Positions 49,628 through 62,915 of a stretch of 64,000 nt of DNA are shown piece by piece. A model generated the notes under the pieces. That model ran no database searches. It worked only from the letters and a program-made list of their open reading frames with translations, and was not told the DNA's origin. The first letter of the stretch is position 1; every line of letters begins with the position of its first letter. The stretch is from positions 5,163,876 to 5,227,875 of the forward strand of contig NW_003314262.1 of NCBI RefSeq assembly GCF_000143415.4, read 5' to 3'. The position numbers and the translations under genes were made by a program. Origin of the DNA: Selaginella moellendorffii (lineage: Eukaryota > Plantae > Lycopodiophyta).

Positions 49628-51262
49628 CTACTTCCACCAGGATGAACTGTTCTTCCTGTCCTCGAGATACTGTAAGTACCACGCAAGAGCACCAAACGCA
49701 AAGAAGCAAATCCAAAACACCAGCAGCAGGACGTGGTATGGCCCCCGGAGCGTGTGCCTCAGTGACTGCTGGTAGCTGCTCTTGCGGCGGCTCCGCCCAA
49801 CCGGTGGCCTCAACTGGAACGGCTTGTCGAGGCAGTGCTGCGTGAGCCTCTTGCCAGGAGCAAGCGGCCCAAACATTCTCGTTCGCTTCAAAGGGTTGGG
49901 CCTCGCCGGCCTGCTTAGCTCCAGCGATGGCGGAGGTGGGCTTGGTGATCCAGAGGTAGAAGCTGGAGCCGACGATGGTCTCCTCTGCGAGAGAAAGAGA
50001 GAAAATCTAGCGTTAGAACTCGATGAAGAGATATGAAAGCTTTGAGAACTTCTACGTACCCGCTTCGGCAAATCATCAGCCGTTCTTGGTGGCGAGCAGG
50101 AGCACCAGAGCGACCTCATTGTTTTTGTCACCTGGAGACAATGCCAAGCTACACACATGAAAATTCTCAGAGCTTGCCAAGCCGAAAGTCCGTAGAGTTT
50201 ATGCTTACCATTCGCAGCCTTCCACGCTCGTGTCTAGACTGCCTCTCTACCAAAAGCGCCTCAGCCATCTTGACATAAAACTCTTTGGCTTGCTTCTGTC
50301 AAACAAAAACCACCAGAAACTCCTGTCATACTTCCATAGCCACTGTGCTTTGCTGTTTTCTCCAGCAAATATTTTTCTTTAGTTGGTTTTTTCCTCCTGT
50401 CAATGGCTTTCGTCCCTGCCCCTGGCTGGTCCTTTTCTTTTTCCCCCCGAGCCTATGCTAATACTCTACCACCACCAGATCGAGATTACTTGTTCTGTGC
50501 CAACCTCAAGGAAAAAAACTTGCATCCCGGCGAGTCATCTTCATCCTCGTCTTCGCAAAGGTCCTCCATATTGCTGGCACTCGGAGGGAAATCCGGGAAC
50601 TTCCGCTCTATAAACTCGGGCTCCGAGTCCTGGACTTCCTCCATCATGCCCCTCCACAGCTCCATACTTCTGGTGTCGTTGACGATCTCCTCGCGAATAG
50701 CATCATACGTGCAGTAGTGATTCTCCAGGGAGCACTTCTGCCTTTCAATCTCCTCGTCAAACGAGTTAAACCTCGCAGCATTCCTCTCGATCAAGTCCGA
50801 GCTCAGCAAAAACGAGCCACCGCTACCAACGCCACCATTCTTTGCTTTGTTTCGACGGGTCTTCCAGAGCAAGGGTGGTCGCTTGAGTGGCTTTCTTGGG
50901 GAAACTTTCGCCGGCAGCTGTGGCTTTTCATCTTTGAGAGATGCTGGAGAGACCCCTTCGTACTGCTGAGAACTCTCAGGCCTCGCCTTTGGAAAATCGA
51001 ACCAAGAAAGAAAAAAACCCGGATCAACCGTCTAGCCTTTGGGAATTCTCTGGTAGCTAAAAGTTCAGTGCTTCCTGCCCCATCTCTATCTAGTCTTTCC
51101 CTGGTTTTCGGAGAGAAGAGAGCTTACCCTGGGTGGAAGACCATCCGCCTTGTTCTCGGACAGCCACGAGATGAGATCATCGACCCTCATTCTCTGCAAA
51201 TCCTGGAGCGACTGTGGGTCGTAGGTGGAGGACGAGGACGGCGAAGTGTGATCCGGCGCCAT
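49628..51262 (-). CDS. Uncharacterised coiled-coil protein with C-terminal transmembrane helix, multi-exon
   Basis: ATG at 51262, GT-AG introns, coiled-coil-like exons, and final VLLLVFWICFFAFGALAWYL followed by a short tail. Confidence 0.55.
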
Positions 51263-51499
51263 TCAGAAGCCCTAGCGCAGCTCGACCACCATTCCCGGAG
51301 CACGGGAAAGAATTCGAAAAGTTGCGCCTGTTGATGACGTGTAGACTAATTATGTTAAATTAGTCCTCATTGCAAGAAAGGGGTAAAGTGTGTTTACCCT
51401 AGTTTTCAAAGAAGTTATAGAAAGACGTTTGAAAAGAACCAATATCATGTCACCAGATTGAAAAACAAAAACACTACCTCTATATGAAAGAAGAGCCTG

Positions 51500-51661
51500 A
51501 TTATAGCGGCTATTTGGAGATTGAGTGAGCTTGCGTTGAACAGATCTAAGGATGATGTCCTTAACAAGGGGACATGTCTGTGAGTAATAATCCTGAGAAA
51601 GTCCAAAAACAGACTCAACAATGAGCAAACTTAGAAGGTGAAGAAGATGAAAAGCAGCCAA
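51500..51661 (-). pseudogene. Class III peroxidase N-terminal fragment
   Basis: Signal-like stretch plus GLSQDYYSQTCP.V..II...V; the LRL.FHDC motif is absent. Confidence 0.55.
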
Positions 51662-52762
51662 TCAATCCTCCCAAAATTTTAATTCAACGAGCTAGAGTCC
51701 CAAACGATGGGGCGTCCGGAATCATTTCAGCTTAAGAATACTGCAAGCGCTGCACTGCTTCCAATAAAATGTATGGCAGTGAGCTGGAAGCCCAGATATA
51801 GCCCAAGGAATGAAAATGATTCAAGACTATATAGTTTACTTCAAAAATGAAGCTACTGAGTCAAGGTTCACTTGAACAGACAATGTTCAAAAGAAATGTT
51901 CTGAGCCATAACTGCTATCCCCGGCCATCCTTGATGTTGTAGAAGATGTGGGGAGTCTGTGTTTTGATAGGAATTTTAATCCTATGGTTCAGACAAAGCC
52001 AAGCCATTGTTTCATGCCAAACAAGCATGCCTTTGCATTTCATATAGGTGTCTTTGTGCTACAAATCACCAGATACTGGTTGATATTGCCATCTGTTTGA
52101 GAAAATTAAGTCCAGAAACTGTTGACTCATGCAAGTCGGAGGAGAGTGTGGTAGTGTGAATGCCAACAGCTCCAACTGCTACAGTGAATACTGTAGCAAT
52201 TGCGGCATTGAGCTGCTGGCCATTGCAAAACAGGCTGAGTCATTGTTGTCATTACGCTGGTCAATATCACCATCATGCATGGACGACTCGAGCCATAGAA
52301 TTCTTCTCTGTGTCAATGACACTGAATGTAGAATTTGATGTTCTAAACTTGATAGAAATGCACTGTTATTGCACCAACTGAAATGAGGAAACCCATCTCT
52401 CAAGTGAGAAAAGTGCTCTTAAATTTTTGTTTCTCTATATATTGTTGATGCAATTTTTTTTAATAACTTATCATTTAATATTTTTCAGAAGGTTTTAAAG
52501 TTTCTTTAATTTGATTAGCCATTAATTCGGCTCACAATAGAGAATTGCCTAAAGTCCACTCACCAGAATTTGCTGATTGTTTAAATTTTATAAGTTGTAC
52601 TTGCACTTATTAAAAGCTTTCCTTAACCTTAAACTAGCTTTGAATCATATAATACTTTAAAATATATATAAATAAATATATATACATATATATATATATA
52701 TAAAATTTTTTAATAGAAATCTTCATAATGTTTTTAACAACTCGCGCGTGAATCTGGATTGA

Positions 52763-54371
52763 TTAAATTCCAGGCTTTAGGGCTAGAGCATGGGCGGGCA
52801 AGCGCGGAACCGGCAGGAGCTGGAGAGGCACTGCTCTGGCGACAGTCATCCCGAAGTGCTCCTGCATGTCTACCTTGCCGGCGCTACTATCGGCTCCGGG
52901 TATGATCCAGTTGAATGCGTGCAACAAGCTTCCAACGGCCAGCATGACATTGGTAAGACCCAGCTGCATCCCCGGGCACATTCTGCGTCCTGCACCAAAT
53001 GGTATCAGCTCAAAGTCCTGCCCTCGGGCATCGATGCCGACTTTCTCCTCCAGGAACCTCTCCGGCTTGAATCGGTGCGCCTCCTTCCACAGCGTCTCAT
53101 CTCTTCCAATTGCATATGCATTTATGAAGACTCGCGTTCTTGCAGGAACACCCCATTTGGCGCTGATCATGCAGGCTTGGGCAGAGTTCTCGCGGGGATA
53201 AATTGGGACTGGCGGGTGTAGCCTAAGTGTTTCGTTGATAACTGCTTGGAGGTACGTGAGACTTCGGATATCCGACTCTTGCATGGTACGTTCTTGGCCT
53301 ATCACTTCATCTAATTCGGCTTGTACCTTGGCCAGCGCAGCAGGATGATTCAGTAGCTCTGAAATTGCCCACTCCGATGTGATTGAGGCAGTGTCAGTGC
53401 TTGCCGCGAGCACGTCCTGCATCAAACAAAGCAAAGAATCTTAATGCTTGGGCTTTCCAGGCGGGGGTAGCTTTCGTTACCACTGTCATTGCTTTGATAT
53501 TGGCGTCGTTCGCGTCGCTTTCCATTAGCATGACATCGATAAAGTCCTGCTGCTCCATGCTTGCTTGCGAGTTTCCCAATTTTTCTCGATGCCGATCAAT
53601 TTCGCTCTGCAGGATCTTGTCAACACGCTTGTGCACAGAAACGAGCTTGTACACTTGCTTGTCGACCCACTTGAGCCACGGAAAGAAAGTTGCAATATGC
53701 ATTCCAGTGCCTTCTCGAACGAATTCCGTGAGACCATCCTTAATGCTACGCGCTTGCTCCTCTTCATCTGTGCTGCTTGCGCTGCTGGAGTGGCTCTTGC
53801 CTGTGACCATCTTGAGCATTACGTTGAAGGCGAAGTCGGAGAGTTTGTTGGTCAAGTTCACAACAGCACCATCTTCAGCACATTTCCACAGGTCTGTAAG
53901 CAAAAGACCCATTTCCAATTTTCGATTTGGTTCAGCAGATTCAACTCTTTTTGTTGACAGCAGTTGCACTGTGCAGAGCTTCCTGGCTTGTCTCCAGTGC
54001 TCACCATACTGTGCAAAGATTATACCTCGTCCACCACAGCTAGCATATTTGGCCTCCAGATGCTCGGGCTTCATTGCAAACTCAGGATCGAGAGTCTTGA
54101 GAACAATTTTGGCAGCATCTGGTGAAGAGACAACAAGGGTGTTCAAGCTGCCAAGCTTAAGAAACATGAACTCTCCATACTTCTTGGACAGCTCTAGCAT
54201 GGAGTGATGGGGAAGATCTCCTATCAAGTGAAGATGGCCAATGACAGGAAGAGCCGGCGGAGATGGGGGAAGGCTGAAGTGCTGCTTACTTCTTGAAAAA
54301 CGATTCAGGATGAAGCAGAAGAGGGAAACAATGAAGGCGACCAAAGGCAATTCAAGCAGTAAGGAATCCAT
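52763..54371 (-). CDS. Cytochrome P450, CYP71 clan, 2 exons (intron 53417-53480)
   Basis: LPPSPPALPVIGHLHL, ASTDTAS, ETLRLHPP, FKPERF and PFGAGRRMCPG heme motif; phase-0 intron at the conserved A-type position. Confidence 0.95.
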
Positions 54372-55929
54372 TGAGCACGGTCGATACTGCTGTTGTTGGT
54401 GCAGGAAAAAAGCATATTTAAACAAACAAGAGAGGGAAGGTCGACTCACAGCATCTACTGTAGTACTGTAGTTGTTGGCTCACTCTTGACTTTGTGAAGC
54501 CCAAACATGCTCCAGCCGTTGTCAGATGTTATAGTCAAGGCAAAGTCAAGCGGCAGCTGAAAACCAAAAATTTATTATTTATTTATTAATCTGCATGAAG
54601 GTTCTGATATGAAATTTTAAAGTAATTTAAAATGGAGGACAACTTGGTAAAAATGAAGACAACCTGGTGACCAAGAACTAAAAACAATCTCCAAGGACAA
54701 CCGAGGTCAACCGAGGTCAATTGAATACAACCAAATGCAAATGCAAATGAAACCATATGGTAGCTTGAAAATTGGCTCAGAGAAATCAAGTTTTAAAATA
54801 TTCACAGGCATCCCGTGGCCATGCAATGAAATGTTTCATGGCATACATTGCTTGGGTGGGGGCAGGGAAGGTGATTTGCTTACCAACAACAAACAATGAT
54901 GGGTGGGCTAAGACTTACAATGCCGGTGACGATGAGAGAGGGTGGGTGGGCAGTAGTAGGGCAACAGTAGGCTGCGACTCACACTGCCAAGGGATTGGGT
55001 ATGGGTGAGAATGTTTAATTGCATACATGCATAAAACTTGCTTGGCTAGGAACTAGCGCGAATGAAATGGGTAGACAGGGAAGAAAGAAGAGGCAAACAG
55101 TCCCAGACATTGAAGAGCCACTATCTCTATGTGAATGTAGTGGGAATTCAAGGAGCCTCAACTGTGAAGCAGCATACATACATAATTAGTTTCCTTTATT
55201 TCTCAAAGGTTAAGCTCTGACAAAAATAATGAGAACACATGAACATATAGAGTAACACGAAAGTGCAAAGCACTACAGTTCAGTCTGTTGTCCCAGTCAC
55301 AAGCCAAGGACCTCCAGGCTGAAAGAATTAAGTGCTTCATCCGACAAGCAACAGAAGCCCCAATCTACTTAGCATACTTTTAAACACCGAATAGAATACC
55401 CAATTGCGGCCTACTGTCAATGCAGGTAGTGCTAAGGACAGACTCAATGTCTCCAGACCAAACACATAGCGCCAAGAAGTCAAGAAACAGAATAAAAGAT
55501 GATCGAAGCAAGCATCAAAAGCATCTAAACTCAAAACAGTAGCGATTTGAAACCAAGCGAAACTATCTTCTTACCATCATCATAGAGAAATAGATGGAAA
55601 CTGACCAATTCAAACACATCAAGTCACCACCAACAAAGAGTTGCACAATAGAAAGTGGTCTAGCCCCTGGCTCAAGTTCCAGGCATGTAAATAACAAAAT
55701 CATTCGTGCAGCGACCAGCAGAAATTAATCCGAGAAACATGGAGAAGAAAAGTGGAAAACGAAGTGAACTTAAACATAACCAAAAGACCTTATTTGCAGT
55801 ACTGGCAAAACCTTTCATGCAGTCAACCATATATCAAGCAGCCAAATTAAATACACAGCCTCCCAACAACTACAAAATGCACCTCTTTAAATGAATACCA
55901 TTGATAGGATTTGGTAACCTTTTTCCCAA

Positions 55930-57000
55930 AATGTGGTACGAATTAGTACCTGCATTAGCCAACACCTGGAATGGGCCAAGCGACTTCTAGTCTTGCACGA
56001 TGAAGACTCCAGGAACAACAGCGACTCATGTTGGGGTATGATGCATTGTTGCCTCATGGCATCCAGCAGTACTTTCTCTTCTTTGCTGCGTTTCCAGAAG
56101 ACTGGGCAATTAGGTAGTGAGACTGGTCAAAAGATAAAGTATAAATTTTGGGATCTATTCAGGTGTTAGAAAGGGGAGGGGCTGGTTGCCAACACAGCAG
56201 AGGCCCTGAATGTTCTGGAAACACGCACTTATCACCATATTTTTATCCAGTTGAATGGTGGATGGAGAGTAAGGTTTACAGGATTCATGATGCGTTGTTG
56301 GCTCTTGCTTTGCACGTCTTGGAACAGAAGGCCCCAAGTGCTATTTCAAGGATGCAAGGGACGCCTTCAAGGGTAGCTATAGCAAGATTTCACTATTCAT
56401 GTGTGACATTTCTGAGGATATTCTACCTCGAGAACTGCTGTCAGAGACCTTTGGCTCACAAACCATGAGGAACTTCTGTCCCTCAACCTTAGGTCGGGTC
56501 CCTAGAATCTCAAGCATAGAGATTTCTAGAGGGACATACCTAAGAAGAGAAGGGTCAGAGTTTGCAGCACCATTTGCCTACTGGATCAAAATCCTGGTCT
56601 CACTGTTATGCCAAGCCTCTCTCTTTCAAAAGTTTGAAGGTTTTGTGCCTGAAAAACTATAGGGTGGTAAGCCTGCCACATAGCATTGGACAGCTCAAGA
56701 ATGTAGTGACTCTGAATTTGTCTTGAACTAAATCAGCATCCCAGGTTCACTTGGAAAGTTGTGGGATTGGAGGTGTTGATTATTCATACAAATCTGGTCG
56801 CAAGCATAGGAAAACTGTCTCATTTAAAAGAGTTTGGAATAAGGGGTGACGTGTCCAACAGCCGAATGTTTGATATTATGGGGTTTGAAACTTCCATTAT
56901 CAAACTGAGATTGGAGCAGATTTCTGAGGTTTGAGAATTTTGAGAGTTGGAGGCTCTGAGGAAAGTGAATTTAGGGTCATCTCCAGCATGGAGAATTTGA
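55930..57000 (+). pseudogene. NB-LRR resistance-gene remnant
   Basis: KRLLVLHDE (kinase-2-like), RIHDALLALA (MHD-like) and LRR-like fragments; many frameshifts. Confidence 0.5.
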
Positions 57001-57039
57001 GCACCATTTGGAAAAGCTGACTTTATGTTTTAATAGGTG

Positions 57040-59800
57040 TAGGCAATTTGAGATCTTGTTAAATCTGTTTAAGTGCAGCTTTGGAGTGACGCATGGGGTG
57101 TTGCTGGGTCAGATTGTTTCACAAGATAATTTAGTTATTGATCCTAGCAAGACCAAGTTGATATAAGCACTACCAGCTTTAGTGGACATGAGGCAATTGC
57201 AAGCATTCTTAGGTCATGTAGGATATCATCCCAAGTTTGTGTAGAGTTATGTGGAGGAAGCTTTGCCTCTAATGGAGTTGTTCCGCAAAGATGTAAAGTA
57301 TGAGTGGATAGGCTGCTAACAACAAGCTTTTAAGGTGTTAAAGCAAGTTTTGGTCACAGCTCCAATTTTGAAATCTTGAAATTTTCATGTTTATGTGGAT
57401 GCTTCAACATGTAAGTTCCTCTTGAATTTGGACTTTCTGAGATGTCACCCAGCTCAGTAACCAAAGATGTTTAACCTTAAGTATCCTAAAACCTTTAACT
57501 GATTGGAAAAAAGGTGCAATATTTTTCATGGGCCCTTTCTTTTTATATTTAAACTCCATGGATCATCCCTTAAATTATTCTCTTTAGTTCTACCATGCTT
57601 CCCTGCAAATTCATACCTTCATGAATGGAAGTTGAGAGCTACACCCTACCTTACGGGTCGAGCCCAGCCAGAGCAAACTAAACCTGCCAAATGTTAATCA
57701 ACATGTGATGCGATTCCCCCACAAAAAACCAAAAGCTCGAAACCCCTTTTAATACTAAATGTAAACTTCTCATAAATTTGGATTTTCCAAAAGGTCACTT
57801 ATCCTAATACTATTCAAATTGAAGGACACTTAACCCTAAATATCCTAAGACACTTAATTGATTGGAAAACAAGTGCACTTTTGTTCATAAGCTCTTTTTT
57901 TCTATATTTGAACCTCATGAATCGTTCTTTAAATCATTCTCTTTAGTTGCTTACACAACGGTGGTAATTAACTCGGTTTTATGCCAACTTTCAAAGGACA
58001 AATGGGATAATCCTTTTAGTTATGATAGCTAGCAACTCTCAATAGTAGAGAAGAACTGTTCAGCAATAGAGCATGAAGGACTTAGAATGATTTTCATTAT
58101 GTGTCAATATTGTCACTATCTACTGGGAAAGGATTTTTTTTATTTGGATCATTAAGCCTTGAAATAGCTTATTTTGAAGCTATACAAGATATGAAGGGTG
58201 ACATGGTGGCTTTTGATTTATAGGAATTTCAATTTAAGAGTGTGTTAAAGTCTAGACAAAGTTGTAATATGCCTAATCATCTTTCAAGGATTTCAATTGA
58301 TAGAATTACTGGAGTGGATGATGAGTTTTTAGATACTTAGCTTTTTCAAGTGGTTAGTGAGGAGCAAATGGATGCTTTTCCAAGTCGAAGCAATACCTAA
58401 GTGGTACTATGAGGTGGTACCTCCAATCTTCCTCATTTGATAGCAAATTCATGTCCACAATCAAAGCAATGCCAATTTTGGCCTTTGCTTGAGGATAATA
58501 AAGTTCTTGTTGAGTGGCAAGTATCCTTTAGACTTTTCCAATAAAAAGAAGAAGCAGTTCTTCAATCTCAGCACTTCACTTTGATTATTGGGCAACTATA
58601 TCATGTGAGAAATGATGGAGTGTTACGGCTATATATGCTAACTCATGAGGTACCTCAAGTTATTTTTGTATGTCATGACTTACCTTTTGGAGGACATTTT
58701 TGTGAGGAAGCTATGATCAAGTTGGTAAAGAGGATAGGATATTGGTGGCCGATTATGCACCAAGATATTTCAAAGCATGTGAGAGGTTGTGATCCATGTC
58801 AAAGGACAGAAAAATTGTCAAGAAGAGATATAATGCCATTGTAGCCACTTTTGCTGGTGTTGTCATTCGAGAAATGGGGAATTTATTTTGTTGGGCCTTT
58901 TCCAACAAGCAAGCACTTGTTGCAAATATATGCTTGTTTGTACTGACTATGTGACTAAGTGGGCCAAAGTAAAAGCATTGAAGAAAGCTATAGGCAGAAA
59001 AGTTGTTGAGTTTTTGTACAAGCAAATTATTACCAAGTTTAGTTGTCTTTTGGAATTAGTTAGTGATAGAGGTTTTTATTTCTTAAATAAAGTGGTGGCT
59101 ACACTTATTGAACTTTATCGTTTGAAGCACAAGAAATCTACTCCATATTATCTTTGTTGCAATGGATAAGTGGAGTGGACAAATGGTATTCTTTATACTA
59201 TTATTTCAAAGATGAGTATAGCTAATAGATTGCATTGGGACAAGTGGCTAGTAAATGTAGTTTGGGCCTTCAAAGTGACAATGCAATATTCACCATTCCA
59301 GTTAATGTATAGTCAAGAAGCAATTCTTCCAATTGAGCTAGAAATTCTTTCTCTTCATCTAGCTATTGAGCATGACTTGGATTGGAATGAAGTAGTAAAA
59401 AACAGGTTACAATAGTTGGATCATTTGGATGAAAAAAGGTTGTTACCATTGCAAGTTAAGGAAGTGATACAAAAACATAGAAAAGCTTAGCATGATTGTC
59501 ATCTTTGTAGAAAAGAGTTTACAGTGGGTGATAAAGTGCTACTTTATGATTCAAAGTATTGGAAGAGGCTAGGAAAACTTAAGTGCATGTGGATTAGGCT
59601 GTATTTAGTGGCAGAATTTTTTCAGAATGCTCAGTTCAGCTTTAGGATTTCTTTAGAAATTTTCTACTTAGTGAAAAAATATTTTGAGCGGAGTTCTTTG
59701 TGCCTCGAGGACTCAACACCAACTATCGTAATGTGTGATATCAGTGATCAATTGTGGCTGTGGTTTTCTCTTCTCACAAATTTCTCAAGTTTTTTGAAGT
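57040..59800 (+). mobile_element. Degenerate Ty3/gypsy pol (RT-RH-INT)
   Basis: LQAFLGHVGY, VYVDAS, CHDLPFGGHF..YWWP..CDPCQR, TDYVTKW, LVSDRG, STPYY, YSPFQLMY; many stops. Confidence 0.85.
57410..57955 (-). mobile_element. TRIM-like miniature LTR element inserted in the gypsy pol
   Basis: TGTAAG..CTTACA ends, TSD CAACA/CAACG, ~190-bp diverged direct repeats (57410-~57595 and 57760-57955), degenerate iMet-PBS-like complement before 57760. Confidence 0.65.
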
Positions 59801-60313
59801 TTTGAGTGTTTACATGAAGAAAAAGAGGATTCAAAAGAATAGTCAAGATATTCCAATAGTGTAGTTATTAGGCAAATAAGGGTCTGAAAAAGGTTAGAAT
59901 AGGCACTTCGCAAGTGAGCAAAGGGTAGAGATTGTGTGCCCTTATTATGGGCAAATATAAGTGAGATTGTTAGTTGATTTATTGGTTGAGCTATTAAAGA
60001 ATAAATAAGATGGCAAACTTTTCATTATTATATAGCTCTGTGTGTGCTTGGTGTTGGCACTAATAACAAATTATGTACTCTCTACTCTCTTATACTTCTA
60101 AAGTCACTCATCAACCCAATCTTCCTTTATTTATAAGCATGCATTTGGTGTTCCATATTTTTTATTAGAACTATGTCATGTTCCACCACCACCACCTCCT
60201 TCTAAGGTCATTGCTATTAAGCTAAAGTTTATAATTTTTTTAACTAAGTACCAGTACCAAAAAATTTATTATTTCATTAGCTAGCTTGGATATTCTCTTA
60301 GTAATAGTATTTT

Positions 60314-60846
60314 TGTAGTGCACTTTATTTCTCTCCCCTTAAACCAACTAAAAAAGGAGCAATTACTTGATGAGAGAGCCTTTAGTAACTATTTTATTCC
60401 TATTTATCCCTTAAATTTCTAAAGATTCACAGTGATAGTATATTCAAATCTTATCCCATAATTACATGCACTACACTCACCCCCTAATTATGTAGACCAC
60501 TTATTTCATGTGAACTAATTAGTCATCCATCCGTACTGAAGTCCCATGATGAATACCTTCGTTTATAGATACTCTATAAGAGGAAGGATATATACATGTA
60601 TGAATTCAAATTTAGGGGTAAAAATATACCTTACTCAAGGGTATATTTATATTTTAAGTAGTCATTAATCAAAATGAATCTATTTGCTCTAATACCACAT
60701 ATAACACACTCTATCCCTCTCCATTTACTACAAAAGGGGTAATTATTTGATAAAAGAGCCCTTAGTATCCTTATTTATCCCCTAAGGTTCTAAAAATTTA
60801 TAGTGATAGTATATTTAAATTTCATCTCATGATCACATACATTACA
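60314..60846 (-). mobile_element. TRIM (terminal-repeat retrotransposon in miniature)
   Basis: TSD ATTTT on both sides; LTRs at 60314-60475 and ~60700-60846; PBS TGGTATTAGAGC (60686-60697); PPT-like TAGGGGGTGAG next to the first LTR. Confidence 0.8.
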
Positions 60847-61720
60847 ATTTTGGAGTTTGCTTCTTATCTTGTTTATGATTCTAAGTTGGTTATAGATTTC
60901 TATTAGCAATATCCTTTCAAGCAAAGTTTTACACCATAAGTTACTACTCGATACTTAGCATTATAGGGGGCATGATGTCATATAATTGCCCCTTTTTTGT
61001 ATTTTTTAGAATGTATATTTGCCATTATTGTATTGCAAGATTTAAATATCAAATCTCAACTCATACGATTTGAACTAAAGAACTATGAGCATCTAGGATT
61101 ATCATGAACTTATTCCCAATTTAAGTTTCTAGATTAACTTGAAATTGATATAGAAATAGGGTTTTTAAGATTTTATACTCAAAGTGTTCAATGCAAATCA
61201 TTCTTCTTCTTTTCTCTTGTCTTTCTTCAGTAGTTTTTATTGTCTTTCTTTCTTTTGAAGATGAGCTTATGATATAAAAATTTAGCTATTTTTGAGATAT
61301 TAACACTTTTATAAGAGAATGTCATATAGGAAAATTTAGAAACATTTATAATAAAAAGTATATAGAATTATAGTTTCCTATCACCAAATAATGAAATAAA
61401 ATTTTACAGTAGGTATACAGTTAAAATCATAAAAATAATAATCTTTTTTATATACTGGACAGTCTTATTATAGACACATATTACATTAACCTAAAACCAT
61501 ATATAAAAGTTAGTGGTTTAGATTTAATCTAATCAAATTCCTATGAAAGCTCGCTAATATAAGTTGCTAACAACATTACATATGTGAGCTGAAATATTAA
61601 CTATATTATTTTTCAACTATTCCTTATATTTTATATTTTAATATTTATTATTAAATATTATTTATAACTCTCTATATAAGTGCAAAATGCAAATGCTAGA
61701 ATAAAAAGTTAATATTTAAG

Positions 61721-62608
61721 ATGTTTAATATAGTAGTATCTTTCCTTTTATTAATTATATTTAAAGGTTTTTCTGCTAGATATGAATATGGAGAATATAA
61801 TGCTTTAGATATACCTATTGTAAATGATCTTATAGATGCTATTAAAGAATCAATTAATAGAATTCCAAATGGTGCACTTCCAGTAAGTCAAAGTTTTCAT
61901 GGGCATATAGATGTTGTAGATGAAGATGGGTTTAACTTTTATATTGGATTTGGTGTTTTTGTTTTACAAACAATTGGGGAATTTTGTGGTATAGATTATG
62001 GAGAACATGATAATTTAGGAGTTACTTTAAGACACTCATTGAACGAAATTTTAGAGGAATATAGTGTTGTGATGTTAAACCTTGCTGCATCATATTTTAT
62101 TATAAAGACTGAGCATTTTCTTATTTATTATTTTATTAGACATTATAATCCTCAACAACATAGGACACAACAGATTTTAGTGAAACCCATAAAATGTAAT
62201 ATATTTGCAAGTTTTTTGATAAGTGGTTATGTTGATATGCCTCATCAATATTTACTATCTACCCAGTTTTTAATTTCGTCAAATAGAGAAGTATATTTAT
62301 ATTTAGGTGCTAATTGCAACTTAGGTTTATATAAAGGTAATACTAAATTATGGTTTCCAAAAAAATTACTTAATGGAAATAATTGCATTTTAAGACTACA
62401 AGAAGATGGAAATTTAGTTTTATATTCAGATCATAAAATAGTTATTTGGGCCACAGAAACATATTGTACTTATTATAATTGTTATCAGGATGCATATTTA
62501 GTGGTTCAAAATAATTGCAATTTAGTTCTATATTTTGCGTATCAGAAAACATTTAGTACTCACCCTAAATTAAAACTTGCATGGGATTCAAAGACATTAT
62601 GCTATTAA
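61721..62608 (+). CDS. Secreted bulb-type lectin with unknown N-terminal domain (paralogue of 24567-25433)
   Basis: 295-aa intronless ORF; signal peptide; GANCNLGLY, QEDGNLVLY, QNNCNLVLY; TATA box near 61673. Confidence 0.8.
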   Translation: MFNIVVSFLLLIIFKGFSARYEYGEYNALDIPIVNDLIDAIKESINRIPNGALPVSQSFHGHIDVVDEDGFNFYIGFGVFVLQTIGEFCGIDYGEHDNLGVTLRHSLNEILEEYSVVMLNLAASYFIIKTEHFLIYYFIRHYNPQQHRTQQILVKPIKCNIFASFLISGYVDMPHQYLLSTQFLISSNREVYLYLGANCNLGLYKGNTKLWFPKKLLNGNNCILRLQEDGNLVLYSDHKIVIWATETYCTYYNCYQDAYLVVQNNCNLVLYFAYQKTFSTHPKLKLAWDSKTLCY

Positions 62609-62799
62609 ATATATTCAAATATATTTCATCATTTCACTAAAAGAGTTCTGGCTTCATGTTGATACATTTTAAAGATAAGAAAAATGATATATATAATATG
62701 GGTCATTACTAAGTAAATATGTAAGTTAACAATGGTAAAAACAAAATATTTACCATCTATTATTTAGAGTCACAATTTTTTCCAAGCTTGTCTAGTAAA

Positions 62800-62915
62800 C
62801 TAAAAAGAACTCTTTGTTTCTACTTGGGGCAGCTTGCATGCCTGGACTTCCTTCTGGAAATGCTTCTTCTTCACCTATTTGGTTTTATTCATTGAAATGA
62901 CAGAAGTGAAAGATA
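62800..62915 (-). pseudogene. Duplicated, decayed copy of the LACS last exon
   Basis: Direct repeat of ~63622-63760 with small deletions. Confidence 0.7.
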
